Origin: a virus
Lineage: Duplodnaviria; Caudoviricetes
DNA length: 64,000 nt
Virus record (IMG/VR): IMGVR_UViG_3300046615_000115
Span: 1-64,000 of that record
Direction: 5' to 3' (one strand)
Positions within the stretch are counted from its first letter, which is position 1. Every line of letters starts with the position of its first letter. The notes under the pieces are model-generated. The model had not been told where the DNA came from and did not search any database. It saw only the letters and a list, made by a program, of their open reading frames with translations. Made by a program: the position numbers and the translations under genes. This document shows positions 25,646 through 35,843 of the stretch, one piece after another.

Positions 25646-26647
25646 ATGACTGATAAGAAAATCGCCGTGATAGACCTCGACATGTTCAAACACGGAGTTG
25701 CTAGTGTTGGTGAGGATCGCTCAGTTCTAGTTAAACATAAAGAAACTGGCTGGTCTAAATCCTTTAAAACACGTACTGAATTCTACGGGCACCACAAGAA
25801 AAAAGCTGGTGGTTGGCTAGCCAATATCAATGAAGGTCGCGAGCCTGAGAAGATTGCACTTCCTGAACACTTCACTTACGAAGATGTGCAAGTAGCCCAA
25901 CCAATTGAGAATGTTCTTCACACAGCAAAGCTCATGGTTGAGTCTGCAATTGAATCTTCTGGTGCAACTGACTACAAAGCTTTTATTGGTAAAGGTGAAA
26001 GCTTCCGAGTACAGAAGAGTACATTGCTCAAGTACAAGGGGAATCGTGACAACACAATCAAAGCTTTGTTGCTTGATGAAGTTAGCGAATATCTTACCAA
26101 GAAGTTTAAAGCTGAGGTTGTTACAGGAATTGAGAACGACGATAAGTGTGTGATGGAAGCTTACAAGAAACCGGACCATTTTATCTTGTGCGAGGATAAG
26201 GATTTCTGGGGATGTCCGGTTAACGTCTTCAATGTAAACAGTCCTGAGCGTGGCATTGTAAACTGTGATAAGTTTGGCTCTTTATGGCGTGATTCTAAGG
26301 GTAAAGTACGAGGTGAAGGAAGGTTGCACCTCATGTGGCAGGTATGCGGACAGGACGATTCTGACCATTATAAAGCCCACGCTTTCTCTGATGTTTACTG
26401 GGGTGAAGTAACAGCTTATGAAGCTCTGAAAGATTGCATTAATGACAAAGAGTCTTGGATTAAAGCTGCTGAAATCTTCAAGACTTTGTATCCAGAACCT
26501 AAAGTTGTGACAGGCTGGAAAGGAGATGAGTTTGAGATTGATTGGAAGTATGTCTTGAACGAACAACTTCAACTGGCTAGAATGCTGAGGTTTGAAGGTG
26601 ATGAAGTCAGCGCTTATGATATTCTTAAAAAGATGAGGATTGAATGA
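25646..26647 (+). CDS. 5'-3' exonuclease (T7 gp6/RNase H-like)
   Basis: IDLD, YKGNR, ENDD, EDKDF, GQDDSD acidic motifs. Confidence 0.8.
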   Translation: MTDKKIAVIDLDMFKHGVASVGEDRSVLVKHKETGWSKSFKTRTEFYGHHKKKAGGWLANINEGREPEKIALPEHFTYEDVQVAQPIENVLHTAKLMVESAIESSGATDYKAFIGKGESFRVQKSTLLKYKGNRDNTIKALLLDEVSEYLTKKFKAEVVTGIENDDKCVMEAYKKPDHFILCEDKDFWGCPVNVFNVNSPERGIVNCDKFGSLWRDSKGKVRGEGRLHLMWQVCGQDDSDHYKAHAFSDVYWGEVTAYEALKDCINDKESWIKAAEIFKTLYPEPKVVTGWKGDEFEIDWKYVLNEQLQLARMLRFEGDEVSAYDILKKMRIE

Positions 26648-26988
26648 TGAATAAGATTTGCGAAGATGTACTGCTTGATTATGTATCCGATGTGGGTGAG
26701 TTTGAAAAAGAACATCGTAAAGGTCCCTCCTCCTGGTGCACACTCACACATACAATCACAGAAGCTGATGTAAAAGAGTTGGCTGAAGATGATGTTGATG
26801 CAAGTGACTTCCTTGGTGTGCTAATTACACGAAACGGTACTTGGGATGATTCTTGGGGAACTGAGTGGGACGATACCACTTATGAGCAAGTGGAAGAATA
26901 TCAAGAGCTTGTTCCAGAGGTTGTGATTCCTGAGCATTATGTTACACGTCAAAAGCTGTCTGCATTTAAACCTGTGTTTGAGGAGTGA
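26644..26988 (+). CDS. Acidic hypothetical protein
   Basis: Coupled ORF. Confidence 0.75.
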   Translation: MMNKICEDVLLDYVSDVGEFEKEHRKGPSSWCTLTHTITEADVKELAEDDVDASDFLGVLITRNGTWDDSWGTEWDDTTYEQVEEYQELVPEVVIPEHYVTRQKLSAFKPVFEE

Positions 26989-26991
26989 GTC

Positions 26992-27303
26992 ATGACCGAT
27001 ATTTACAAACTGTTTAAAGAAGAAACTTGGAAACCTGACAACCTTACTGATGTCCACTGGTACAGAGGCTGTATTGATGAGCTAACTTACAATAAAGGTG
27101 GTGATATCGACGAACTGATGAACGGAAATGGGAACACCTACACCTATCAAGTACAAGGTGAAGCAGAGAAAGAAGGGTTTATAATTTTCACTTTGCAAGA
27201 CGATTATGGTGGAACATCCTTCCAAGCTATCTTTGATCTTTCTAAGAAAGTTGATGAAGACAAGTATTGGGAAGAAGTTGATTCAGAAGATGAAGACGAA
27301 TGA
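26992..27303 (+). CDS. Acidic hypothetical protein
   Basis: GAGGAG RBS. Confidence 0.75.
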   Translation: MTDIYKLFKEETWKPDNLTDVHWYRGCIDELTYNKGGDIDELMNGNGNTYTYQVQGEAEKEGFIIFTLQDDYGGTSFQAIFDLSKKVDEDKYWEEVDSEDEDE

Positions 27304-27836
27304 AGGAGCCTTGGAAACAATCTCCAGATGTGTGGCCTACAAAGTCTTCCTTCTTCACTTGGTTAAGGGGCGCACTTAGGAAATCAATCTGGCAGTTCTA
27401 CCCACCAAAGATGCAATTCAAGAACGAAGGATGCTCTAAGCCACCAGATGATTATAAAGGTCGTGCAAAATCTGGAGCTTATTGTGAACTGACGGGGGAA
27501 TGGACAGGGAAGTCAGCTTTAGAGGTCGATCACCGCATTGGTAACGTAAAGTTCACTGATTGGGAAGATGTACTTCCGTTTATTCTTCACCTGTGCTGCG
27601 ACAAAGATGAAATGGCCTTGGTGAATAAGGAAGCACACAAGGTAAAATCTTATGCTGAACGGATGGGAATTAGTTTCGAGGATGCGCTTATCCAAAAAGA
27701 AATTATTTCTATCTGCAAAGCAAAGAAAGATGTTGCATGGCTCAAGGAACGTGATATCATCCCAGCAAGCAACGCCAAGAAAAGACGTGAACAAATTGAA
27801 CAGGAGATGAAAAATGAGCGAGATGGAACACAATAA
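27300..27836 (+). CDS. Core HNH endonuclease (possible resolvase)
   Basis: WLRGALR...CELTG...EVDH...H pattern; Zn Cys pairs degenerate. Confidence 0.7.
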   Translation: MKEPWKQSPDVWPTKSSFFTWLRGALRKSIWQFYPPKMQFKNEGCSKPPDDYKGRAKSGAYCELTGEWTGKSALEVDHRIGNVKFTDWEDVLPFILHLCCDKDEMALVNKEAHKVKSYAERMGISFEDALIQKEIISICKAKKDVAWLKERDIIPASNAKKRREQIEQEMKNERDGTQ

Positions 27837-28143
27837 AGGAAAACTTATTCCTTTTGAAATGAACGAGGAAGTTGCCAAAGCTTTGGTTGAAGCTAAAGGT
27901 GAAACTCTAGATGAAGATTACGATTCTTACCTAGAACAAGTTAAAGACGACTGTACTTGGTTTGATGAGGATCTTTGTGAAATTAATAGCAAATGGTACA
28001 AAGTAGACTTTGAAATTCGTCGAGGTGAGTTGTACGGATTTGCCGAGGCAAAGACTAATGAAGATGGTTCAATCGATTTTAATACTTACCACTACAATGG
28101 TGGTGCCTACTGGACCGAAGTTGTAGAAGGAGCCTTGAAATGA
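27814..28143 (+). CDS. Conserved-type phage hypothetical protein
   Basis: HYNGGAYWTEVVE ending. Confidence 0.75.
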   Translation: MSEMEHNKGKLIPFEMNEEVAKALVEAKGETLDEDYDSYLEQVKDDCTWFDEDLCEINSKWYKVDFEIRRGELYGFAEAKTNEDGSIDFNTYHYNGGAYWTEVVEGALK

Positions 28144-28316
28144 CTAACAAAATCAGTAAAGAGTTTCTGTTTACGGAACTGAGCATTAAGATTGCAACGT
28201 TAGAAATGAAGATTGATAAAGTGTTGGAGTTGCTGAGTGAGCCTCCTGTCGAATATCAAGTTGTTCAAAACATTAATCTTTCTGACGATGAAATCTTTTT
28301 GGAAGAAAACAAATGA
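28140..28316 (+). CDS. Hypothetical protein (58 aa)
   Basis: Manual translation; ATGA coupling. Confidence 0.6.
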   Translation: MTNKISKEFLFTELSIKIATLEMKIDKVLELLSEPPVEYQVVQNINLSDDEIFLEENK

Positions 28317-28401
28317 ACCCTTGGACAGCACAGATAGTTGCAGAAGTAATTCAATTTGGAGTTTTCTTTAATATCTTCTTAACTCAACTAGGACTTTAGG
28401 T

Positions 28402-28653
28402 ATGTCGAATGATAATGTTAGACAACTGTTTCCTGAGAAGAAGCCTATTACAGAGCCTCCACAAGTTATTATAGATAAGTTCCATTCCAAACTTGATGAA
28501 GTGATGGGAGAATTTCAAACTCTCGGAGTTATGGAGAAATACGAAGTTATGCTTAGTATTTGTGAAATGAATAAGAATTTGTTTCAGCTCTATATGGATC
28601 TTCGTAAAAGATATGACTTCAATATTGATGAAATTATTAACGGAGATGGTTAA
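28402..28653 (+). CDS. Hypothetical protein
   Basis: ORF. Confidence 0.7.
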   Translation: MSNDNVRQLFPEKKPITEPPQVIIDKFHSKLDEVMGEFQTLGVMEKYEVMLSICEMNKNLFQLYMDLRKRYDFNIDEIINGDG

Positions 28654-28811
28654 TGCGTTTACATCTTATAAAAATCTGGAATGATATTAATGATTCAGTA
28701 CAAGAGCTTGAAGGGGTTGGTTATGGGGATAATCGAGGTGTGATTGAGGCTCTGAAGGAAGCCTTGGGTTATTTGTCAGATGATATTGATGATTTGGAGG
28801 AAGAAGAGTGA
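28653..28811 (+). CDS. Acidic hypothetical protein (52 aa)
   Basis: Manual translation; TAATG coupling. Confidence 0.55.
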   Translation: MRLHLIKIWNDINDSVQELEGVGYGDNRGVIEALKEALGYLSDDIDDLEEEE

Positions 28812-29011
28812 GTGAACTAGAAGAGTTTATACAAGACTATCTAAGTGCTATTGTTTATTTAAGTCCCAGAAAGCTTCCTATGAATCGAGAAACCTTAGCC
28901 TATCTTTCTGGTAGGGTACATAGTGCATTTAGTTATGAGCTTGGGGACAGGAAAGTGGGTCTTCAGCTCGATCCTTACGACAATAGTAATATCATTCTTA
29001 CACTAATTTAA
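28808..29011 (+). CDS. Hypothetical protein
   Basis: Coupled ORF. Confidence 0.65.
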   Translation: MSELEEFIQDYLSAIVYLSPRKLPMNRETLAYLSGRVHSAFSYELGDRKVGLQLDPYDNSNIILTLI

Positions 29012-29033
29012 GAAATAATAGGAGTAGAAACTT

Positions 29034-29816
29034 TTGAGTAACCGACACTTATTTATTCCAGATGTGCAAGCAAAAGAAGGCGTCCCACTTCAGCACCTTG
29101 AAGCTCTTGGTAACTACATCGTTAAGAAACAACCTGAAGTTATTGTAATGATTGGCGATTGGGCCGACATGCCTAGCCTTAGTTCTTATGATGTTGGTAA
29201 GAAATCTTTTGAGGGTCGTATGTACACAAAAGATGTTGAAGCTTCTCGTAAAGCAATGGATGTTCTTCTTGCACCACTGAAAGCTTTTAATATTCAACAA
29301 TCACTTAATCGTAAAAAGCAGTATAAACCACGAATGGTTATGTGCTATGGCAACCACGATCAGGGCCGTATTGAGCGAGCAATTGAAAATGATCGTAAAC
29401 TTGAAGGTCTGATCTCTGTAGATGATCTTGGCTTCAAAGAAGCTGGCTGGGAGTGTCATGATTTTCTGGATATTGTTAATATTGATGGTATTCGATATAG
29501 TCACTACTTTGTAAACCCAAATAGCTTGCTGAAGAACTGTGTTGGTGGTAACATTGATGCTAAAATGAAGAACTTGGGCTGGTCGTTTAGTATGGGCCAT
29601 CAGCAGACACTTCAGTACGGTATTCAATACCTTCCTGACGGCATGTCTCGGCAAGGTCTTGTAGCTGGTTCGTTCTATATGCACAATGAAGGCTACATGG
29701 GCAGCCAAGGTAACGCAAGTCATTGGCGTGGCGTTGTGATGAAAAACCAAGTGCAAGATGGTAAATATGATCCTTGTTTTATTTCCATTCCATTTTTGTT
29801 GGAGAAGTATATTTAA
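29034..29816 (+). CDS. Calcineurin-like metallophosphoesterase
   Basis: PDVQ, GDWAD, GNHD, YSHY, GHQQ. Confidence 0.85.
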   Translation: MSNRHLFIPDVQAKEGVPLQHLEALGNYIVKKQPEVIVMIGDWADMPSLSSYDVGKKSFEGRMYTKDVEASRKAMDVLLAPLKAFNIQQSLNRKKQYKPRMVMCYGNHDQGRIERAIENDRKLEGLISVDDLGFKEAGWECHDFLDIVNIDGIRYSHYFVNPNSLLKNCVGGNIDAKMKNLGWSFSMGHQQTLQYGIQYLPDGMSRQGLVAGSFYMHNEGYMGSQGNASHWRGVVMKNQVQDGKYDPCFISIPFLLEKYI

Positions 29817-29987
29817 ATGTACAGAATCGTAGAGTCAGGTGGCGTATTTCAGATTCAAAAGAAATCATTCTTCTTCTGGACAAACTGTTACTATTTCAAG
29901 TCTGACTTCTCACGACACCTTGCGAGATATGAGACTTACGAGGAAGCTTTGTATTTCTTTGGGTATAAAGATTATTTGGAGAATTGA
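29817..29987 (+). CDS. Hypothetical protein (56 aa)
   Basis: Manual translation. Confidence 0.55.
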   Translation: MYRIVESGGVFQIQKKSFFFWTNCYYFKSDFSRHLARYETYEEALYFFGYKDYLEN

Positions 29988-30142
29988 TGCAAGACTTTCG
30001 ATTGTATGAACGAGTGAAAACACTGGAGAGTGAGCTTGACAAGACTTCGAAGCTCGTTCATACTCTCCGACAAGAACAAAGTGATATGTTAGAACAAATT
30101 AAATCATTGAAGGAGGAAATGAGTGATGGCAGTGGAAAATAA
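29987..30142 (+). CDS. Coiled-coil hypothetical protein (51 aa)
   Basis: Manual translation; TGATG coupling. Confidence 0.55.
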   Translation: MQDFRLYERVKTLESELDKTSKLVHTLRQEQSDMLEQIKSLKEEMSDGSGK

Positions 30143-30629
30143 AAAGTTTAAAGCTGGAGACAAAGTAATTTCTATCCGAGATACGTCAGAAGTACCAGAG
30201 GGAAGCATTGGATATATTCTTCTGCAACAGCTCCCGCCGTATGACTACACAGTTGATATCAACGGAAAACATGAATATTTTAATGAGGATGAACTGGAAC
30301 TGTTGCGTGTAAGTCAAGATAACAAACTTCGCAACCTTGGTTTGAACACAATTGAAGATTTGGAAGAGCACACAGGTGGTTCTGTTAATTATTACAAAGT
30401 TCACGTAGCCAACCCTACAACACTTCCTGAAGCTTACTATGCTGAAGCTAACGATATTATCGAATCTCTCGGTTTGACATTCGCTGAAGGGAATTTGTTT
30501 AAAGCTGTGTGGCGTATTGCTGCTGACCGTAACGGAAAGAAAAAGAAAGGTAATAATCCTGTCTATGATGCTGAAAAGTTGGTATTCTTTGCCGAACGTG
30601 TACTGATGCAGGAGAAGGCTAAACAATGA
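30123..30629 (+). CDS. DUF3310-domain protein (T7 gp1.7-like) with N-terminal SH3-like domain
   Basis: NYY...IIESLGLTFAEGNLFKAVWR...YDAEK. Confidence 0.6.
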   Translation: MMAVENKKFKAGDKVISIRDTSEVPEGSIGYILLQQLPPYDYTVDINGKHEYFNEDELELLRVSQDNKLRNLGLNTIEDLEEHTGGSVNYYKVHVANPTTLPEAYYAEANDIIESLGLTFAEGNLFKAVWRIAADRNGKKKKGNNPVYDAEKLVFFAERVLMQEKAKQ

Positions 30630-31066
30630 GACTACTTGGTATTGACGTTGATGGCGTAGTGGTAGACACACTAACCCTCTACAAACAAGCTTCACCTCAC
30701 TTGGAAGATCCTCTAGACTTCTGGCGAGATGAAAACCTTTACGATAACCTTGTTCCAATGGAAGGTGCTGTAGAGAAACTTGAGCAGCTTAGTAAATACT
30801 TTGGTATTGTATTTGTGAGTCGATTGAAGGGCAATCATCATAGATCTAAAGTGTATTTCTTGAAAGAACACTTTCCTTTTATGACTGGCTTCATAGGCAC
30901 TCACGAGAAGTATCTTTTGAATGAATCTCTTGTTGCAATGGTAGATGATTTGGAGGATAATCTATCTAAGTTTGAAGCTCACAAGAGGATTCATTTTGGA
31001 CAAGGTGAATATAAAGATTGGAATACATTTGATGTTCCAAAGTTTTGTAAGGAGTATTTGAAGTGA
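30626..31066 (+). CDS. HAD-family 5'(3')-nucleotidase-like protein
   Basis: IDVDGVV motif I; VDD motif IV. Confidence 0.75.
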   Translation: MRLLGIDVDGVVVDTLTLYKQASPHLEDPLDFWRDENLYDNLVPMEGAVEKLEQLSKYFGIVFVSRLKGNHHRSKVYFLKEHFPFMTGFIGTHEKYLLNESLVAMVDDLEDNLSKFEAHKRIHFGQGEYKDWNTFDVPKFCKEYLK

Positions 31067-31239
31067 TTAAATATGATCAAGATGAACTTTATTTGTTGGT
31101 TGACTTTCTGACCGAACAACTGGAAAAGCAACGAGAGAAAACTCCTTGGGGTTTGGATCTTGCTGAACAGGAAGAGTTAGAAGTGGAAGAATTTATGTTT
31201 GAACGTACATTGGAAATTATCCAAAATCTAATTAAGTAA
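31063..31239 (+). CDS. Acidic hypothetical protein (58 aa)
   Basis: Manual translation; GTGA coupling. Confidence 0.55.
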   Translation: MIKYDQDELYLLVDFLTEQLEKQREKTPWGLDLAEQEELEVEEFMFERTLEIIQNLIK

Positions 31240-31249
31240 GGAGTAACAC

Positions 31250-31681
31250 TTGAAAGTCAAAGTAAAACGTCTGTATGAATCCGCTAAACTTCCAACCTAC
31301 GCAACAGATGGCAGCGGGTGTTTTGATATCTACACAATGTTGAATGGTGATACAGACTACGGACAACCTCCCACTTATTCCACTGGTCTAGCCTTTGAAA
31401 TTCCAGAAGATCATGTGATGCTTATCTTCAGTCGAAGTGGCCATGGGTTTAAGAATGATGTTCGTCTAAGTAACTGTGTTGGTGTGATTGACTCAGATTA
31501 TCGTGGGGAACTTAAGGTTAAATTGTCTTGTGATAAACAAGGTTGGGGACTTGAAGTTAATGCTGGTGATCGAATTGCTCAGGGGATGGTAATTCCTTAT
31601 AAGAAGGTAATGTTTGAAGAGGTGGATAGTTTGAGTGAGACTGTTCGTGGAGAAGGCGGATTTGGCAGCAGCGGATCATGA
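31250..31681 (+). CDS. dut: dUTPase (trimeric)
   Basis: SGCFDI, FSRSG, GVIDSDYRGE, RIAQ, RGEGGFGSSG. Confidence 0.95.
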   Translation: MKVKVKRLYESAKLPTYATDGSGCFDIYTMLNGDTDYGQPPTYSTGLAFEIPEDHVMLIFSRSGHGFKNDVRLSNCVGVIDSDYRGELKVKLSCDKQGWGLEVNAGDRIAQGMVIPYKKVMFEEVDSLSETVRGEGGFGSSGS

Positions 31682-31869
31682 CATTAATTGCACACGTACC
31701 AACAGAACGTGGTAAACTAGTTTGGCAAGACGTTATTAAGACCAAAGAAGATTACCAAACAATGTACAAGACAGGACTTTTGTGGGTATACTTTCCCGAC
31801 ATTGGAACTTGGAAAGAGTGTGAAGAAGAATTGAATAAGGAGAAAGAAGTTGAGTCAAATCACAGCTAA
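31678..31869 (+). CDS. Hypothetical protein
   Basis: Coupled ORF. Confidence 0.65.
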   Translation: MTLIAHVPTERGKLVWQDVIKTKEDYQTMYKTGLLWVYFPDIGTWKECEEELNKEKEVESNHS

Positions 31870-32779
31870 GATTATTGCTGATAGTTACAGTGCAATTAAT
31901 GGTAAACGAATCACTACATTTGAACTACAATATCCACGATTTATCCACAGCGAGTTGATGACTCACCGGCTGTTTAGTCGCAATGCAATGAGCAGTCGTG
32001 CTGTTCCAATTGAGAAAATGATTGAGCAAGTTTGGAGTGACCCCGCGTTACCGATTCATTGGGGTAAAAATCAATCGGGTATGCAAGCTAAAGAACAATT
32101 GGAACACACAGATTCAGTAGAGATTGAATGGAGAGCCGCAGCTTGCGAAGCTGCAATTAGTGCAAAATTCTTATCGGAACAAGGTCTACACAAGCAAGTA
32201 GTGAATCGAATTCTAGAACCTTGGCAACTCATGAAAACAGTGTTGACAGCTACAGAATTCGATAACTTCTTTTGGTTGCGTAAACATGAAGATGCACAGC
32301 CTGAGATTAAAGAACTTGCTGAACGGGTGTACGAACAGCTAGAATGGAACAAATTGTTGACTGTTGAGCTTGATGCTGGTGATTGGCACACACCATATTA
32401 TGAAGCTGGATATTGGCTTAAGGAAGATGAAACACCGCTAGAAGATGCACTTGCAATTAGTTCTAGCTGCTGTGCTCAAGTAAGTTACCGTTTGCTTGAT
32501 GATAGTATTGAAAAGGCTCGTAAAGTTTATCAGCGTCTGGTAGAATCTACGCCTGTTCACGCAAGTCCTTTTGAACATCAAGCGACACCGATGGACTATA
32601 GCGATAAATGGGATTGTACGGACGATGGAGTAAATGTCCCAAAACTTACCCACTCTTGGGAAGAGGGCGTTACTCACTGTGATAAACAAGGCAATCTTTG
32701 GAGTGGTAATTTCAAGTCATGGGTTCAATACCGACAACTGATTGATGGTAATGTTTGCAATAAGTACGAGGAGAAATAA
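31850..32779 (+). CDS. thyX: Flavin-dependent thymidylate synthase
   Basis: RFIHSELMTHRLFSRNAMSSRA; HASPFEH. Confidence 0.9.
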   Translation: MSQITAKIIADSYSAINGKRITTFELQYPRFIHSELMTHRLFSRNAMSSRAVPIEKMIEQVWSDPALPIHWGKNQSGMQAKEQLEHTDSVEIEWRAAACEAAISAKFLSEQGLHKQVVNRILEPWQLMKTVLTATEFDNFFWLRKHEDAQPEIKELAERVYEQLEWNKLLTVELDAGDWHTPYYEAGYWLKEDETPLEDALAISSSCCAQVSYRLLDDSIEKARKVYQRLVESTPVHASPFEHQATPMDYSDKWDCTDDGVNVPKLTHSWEEGVTHCDKQGNLWSGNFKSWVQYRQLIDGNVCNKYEEK

Positions 32780-32780
32780 A

Positions 32781-32978
32781 ATGATTAATGTAGATTACAA
32801 ATTCTCTGACTTCGTAAAAGAATATCAGAATCTGCTAATGATTCGTTTGGGGATGAGTGTTAGCGAGTCAGCCAGATATATCGTGGACACTATTGAAGAC
32901 ATTGAACAAGCTACTATGCTAGATGTTTCAGCCTTTGAATACTTTCAAACAGAACTAGAGAATGGGGTAGATGTATGA
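32781..32978 (+). CDS. Hypothetical protein
   Basis: GAGGAG RBS before ATG 32781. Confidence 0.65.
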   Translation: MINVDYKFSDFVKEYQNLLMIRLGMSVSESARYIVDTIEDIEQATMLDVSAFEYFQTELENGVDV

Positions 32979-33376
32979 GTAAGGTAAATCACTTTCCAGT
33001 GTCAGAGTATGATCAATATCTTTCCTTTGTGGATGTAGAACAACACCCTGAGTGGCAAGAAGCTTGGAAGGCTCAAGATAAAGAAAAGGTAGATGCAATT
33101 CTTTATAGTCTGGGTGTTGATCTCCAAAACGGCTACGAGGTTGAAGTTAACACACATCGAACACGAATTAGTCAGCAAGTAGAATATGGTCCTCGATTCT
33201 CCTTCAGTGAGCGCACTGATAAAGAGTGGCAAAAGACTGGTATGTCTATTGAAGATCAGATCGCAAACTGTAGTGACATCTCCTTGCAGATTATGCTTAA
33301 AGGGATGAGTAAGCGAGGGTTTGGTAAGTGTGATACAGTTAAGACAGTTGAACAATTGGCTATCTCAGAGCTTTAA
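32975..33376 (+). CDS. Hypothetical protein
   Basis: Coupled ORF. Confidence 0.75.
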   Translation: MSKVNHFPVSEYDQYLSFVDVEQHPEWQEAWKAQDKEKVDAILYSLGVDLQNGYEVEVNTHRTRISQQVEYGPRFSFSERTDKEWQKTGMSIEDQIANCSDISLQIMLKGMSKRGFGKCDTVKTVEQLAISEL

Positions 33377-33404
33377 TAAATATTTATTTTAAATAAGGAG
33401 TTGT

Positions 33405-35624
33405 ATGAATACCGCTGGCAAAGATATGATGTCGTCCTCTAAATTTTACATGGGCTACTCTCGTTGGGATGAAGTGAAAGGTGGTTATGAAACTTGGGAG
33501 GAATCAGTTTCCCGTGTAATGAATATGCACCGACAGAAGTACGCTTCTGTAATGACACCAGAACTTGAAGAATATATTGCTTTTGCAGAACAAGCTTATA
33601 AAGATAAAGCTGTATTGGGGGCACAGCGAGCACTTCAGTTCGGTGGTGAACAACTGTTTAAACATGAAGCTCGTATGTATAACTGCTCTGTTAGTCATTG
33701 TGACCGAGCAACTTTCTTTCAAGAGTGCATGTATCTTCTGTTGTGTGGTTGTGGTGTAGGCTTCTCTGTTCAATCCCATCACATTGCAAAGCTTCCACAA
33801 GTACATAAGCGTTATGAAAAGAAAGTAAAAGTATTCCAAGTTCCAGATACAATTGAAGGTTGGGCTGATGCTTTCGGTGTATTGTTCAGTAGCTACTTTG
33901 TAGATGGTGGCAGCTTCCATGAATACAAAGGTTGTCAAGTACACTTTGACTTTAACAAGATTCGTCCTAAAGGTGCTTTGATTTCTGGTGGATTTAAAGC
34001 TCCCGGTCCAGATGGTTTGCGTAGTGCGTTGGTCAAGTGTGAAGCGTTGCTAGAAGCATTAGTTGAGGGGAAAACAGAAGCTGTTAGCGTTCCTACCATC
34101 ACAGCCTATGACTTTGTTATGCATATGTCTGATGCTGTTTTGAGTGGTGGTGTTCGCCGGTCTGCAACCATCTGCATGTTTGATAAAGATGATGAGTTGA
34201 TGTTGAAGGCCAAAACAGGTGACTGGTTTGTTGATAACCCTCAACGTGGTCGAAGTAACAACTCTGTAATGCTTGTTCGCGATGAATTGAGCCGTGAAGA
34301 ATGGGCTAACATTATGAAGTCTGTTAAGGACTTTGGTGAACCCGGCTTTATCTTCACTGAGAACAAAGAGTTCTGCTTTAATCCTTGTGTTGAAATTGGT
34401 ATGTTGCCAGTTGCAGAGAATGGAGAATCAGGCTTTCAATTTTGCAACCTAACAGAAATTAATGGTGGCAAGTGTGTAGATAAAGAATCATTCTTCCGCG
34501 CCTGCAAGGCTGGTGCAATTCTTGGTACGCTTCAGGCTGGTTACTCTAACTTCAAATATCTATCTGATGCGACACGTCGTATTACAGAGAAAGAAGCTTT
34601 GCTTGGTGTGAGTATTACAGGTTGGATGAATAACCCTGATGTGCTGTTTGACCCACAAAACATGATTGATGGTGCAACTGTAGTTAAAGATATCAACTCT
34701 GTTGTTGCTATTCTTCTTGGTATCAATCAGGCAGCACGAACTACAGCAGTAAAGCCAAGTGGTAATGCTTCTGTTGTGTTGGGTACAGCTTCAGGTATTC
34801 ACGGGGAACATAGCCCTAAATACTTGCGTAATGTACAAATGAACGTAGGAGATGAAGTTACTCGTATCATCACCAAGACTAACCCTAAAATGGTTGAGCC
34901 TTCGGTGTGGAGTAGTAACGGGACAGACGTTGTAGTTAGCTTCCCAGTTGAAAGTAAAGAAGGTAGTATTTACAAGTCTGATTTGATGGGCGTGAAACAG
35001 CTTGACTATGTTAAGACTGCTCAGCAATATTGGATTGAACATGGTACTAATTATGAACTGTGCGTTGACCCTGATCTTCGTCACAACGTAAGTAATACTA
35101 TTACAGTTGATGATTGGGATGAAGTGGAGGAATATATCTACAATAACCGTAAATGGTTTGCTGGTATTTCTCTACTTAGTTCGATGGGTGATCGTGCATA
35201 TGCTCAAGCTCCATTCACTGAAGTGTTTACAGCACAACAGATTGTAAATATGTATGGTGAAGCATCTATGTTCGCCTCCGGTCTGATTGTTGAAGGTCTT
35301 CATGCTTTTAATAATAACTTGTGGATGGCATGTGATACTGTGATGGGCTTTGGTTTGACACTTGATCCAGAAGATTCTAGTGATTTGCTCAAACGTGATT
35401 GGGTACGTCGGGCTACTAAGTATGCTAAGAACTTCTTTGATGGTGATGTTATGCGAATGACATTCTGTCTTAAGGATTGCCATAATCTACACAAATGGAC
35501 TAGCATCAACACAAAGTTCAAAGAGGTAGATTTTTCAACTGAACTTGAACAGCAAAAGTATACAGAAGTTGATACAATGGGTAGTGCGGCATGTGCAGGC
35601 GGCGTATGTTCAATCGAGTTTTGA
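33405..35624 (+). CDS. nrdJ: Class II (adenosylcobalamin) monomeric ribonucleotide reductase
   Basis: YNCS, GVRRSA, FNPCVEI, FCNLTE, VKPSGN, C-terminal CAGGVC; no NrdB alongside. Confidence 0.85.
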   Translation: MNTAGKDMMSSSKFYMGYSRWDEVKGGYETWEESVSRVMNMHRQKYASVMTPELEEYIAFAEQAYKDKAVLGAQRALQFGGEQLFKHEARMYNCSVSHCDRATFFQECMYLLLCGCGVGFSVQSHHIAKLPQVHKRYEKKVKVFQVPDTIEGWADAFGVLFSSYFVDGGSFHEYKGCQVHFDFNKIRPKGALISGGFKAPGPDGLRSALVKCEALLEALVEGKTEAVSVPTITAYDFVMHMSDAVLSGGVRRSATICMFDKDDELMLKAKTGDWFVDNPQRGRSNNSVMLVRDELSREEWANIMKSVKDFGEPGFIFTENKEFCFNPCVEIGMLPVAENGESGFQFCNLTEINGGKCVDKESFFRACKAGAILGTLQAGYSNFKYLSDATRRITEKEALLGVSITGWMNNPDVLFDPQNMIDGATVVKDINSVVAILLGINQAARTTAVKPSGNASVVLGTASGIHGEHSPKYLRNVQMNVGDEVTRIITKTNPKMVEPSVWSSNGTDVVVSFPVESKEGSIYKSDLMGVKQLDYVKTAQQYWIEHGTNYELCVDPDLRHNVSNTITVDDWDEVEEYIYNNRKWFAGISLLSSMGDRAYAQAPFTEVFTAQQIVNMYGEASMFASGLIVEGLHAFNNNLWMACDTVMGFGLTLDPEDSSDLLKRDWVRRATKYAKNFFDGDVMRMTFCLKDCHNLHKWTSINTKFKEVDFSTELEQQKYTEVDTMGSAACAGGVCSIEF

Positions 35625-35627
35625 GAC

Positions 35628-35819
35628 ATGGACTACGTTAATTTGATGGAAAAGGTTGGTACGCAATCTAACGTGACTCACTCCTGCCCTCACTGTGAAA
35701 ACCCTGTTCGATGTGACATTATGCAAGGTAAAAACACTTGCTGGTGTTTCAATGTACAGGGCAAAGGGCTAGAGCTGAACGACGTTTGTATGTGTAAAAA
35801 CTGCCTCAACAAAGCTTGA
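35628..35819 (+). CDS. Cysteine-rich CWC-family protein
   Basis: CPHC..C..CWC..CMCKNC. Confidence 0.7.
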   Translation: MDYVNLMEKVGTQSNVTHSCPHCENPVRCDIMQGKNTCWCFNVQGKGLELNDVCMCKNCLNKA

Positions 35820-35843
35820 CACAATAATCTGATGTGCTATATT
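35816..35843 (+). promoter_or_regulatory. sigma70 promoter abutting terminator
   Basis: TTGACA-16-TATATT with TGn. Confidence 0.65.
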
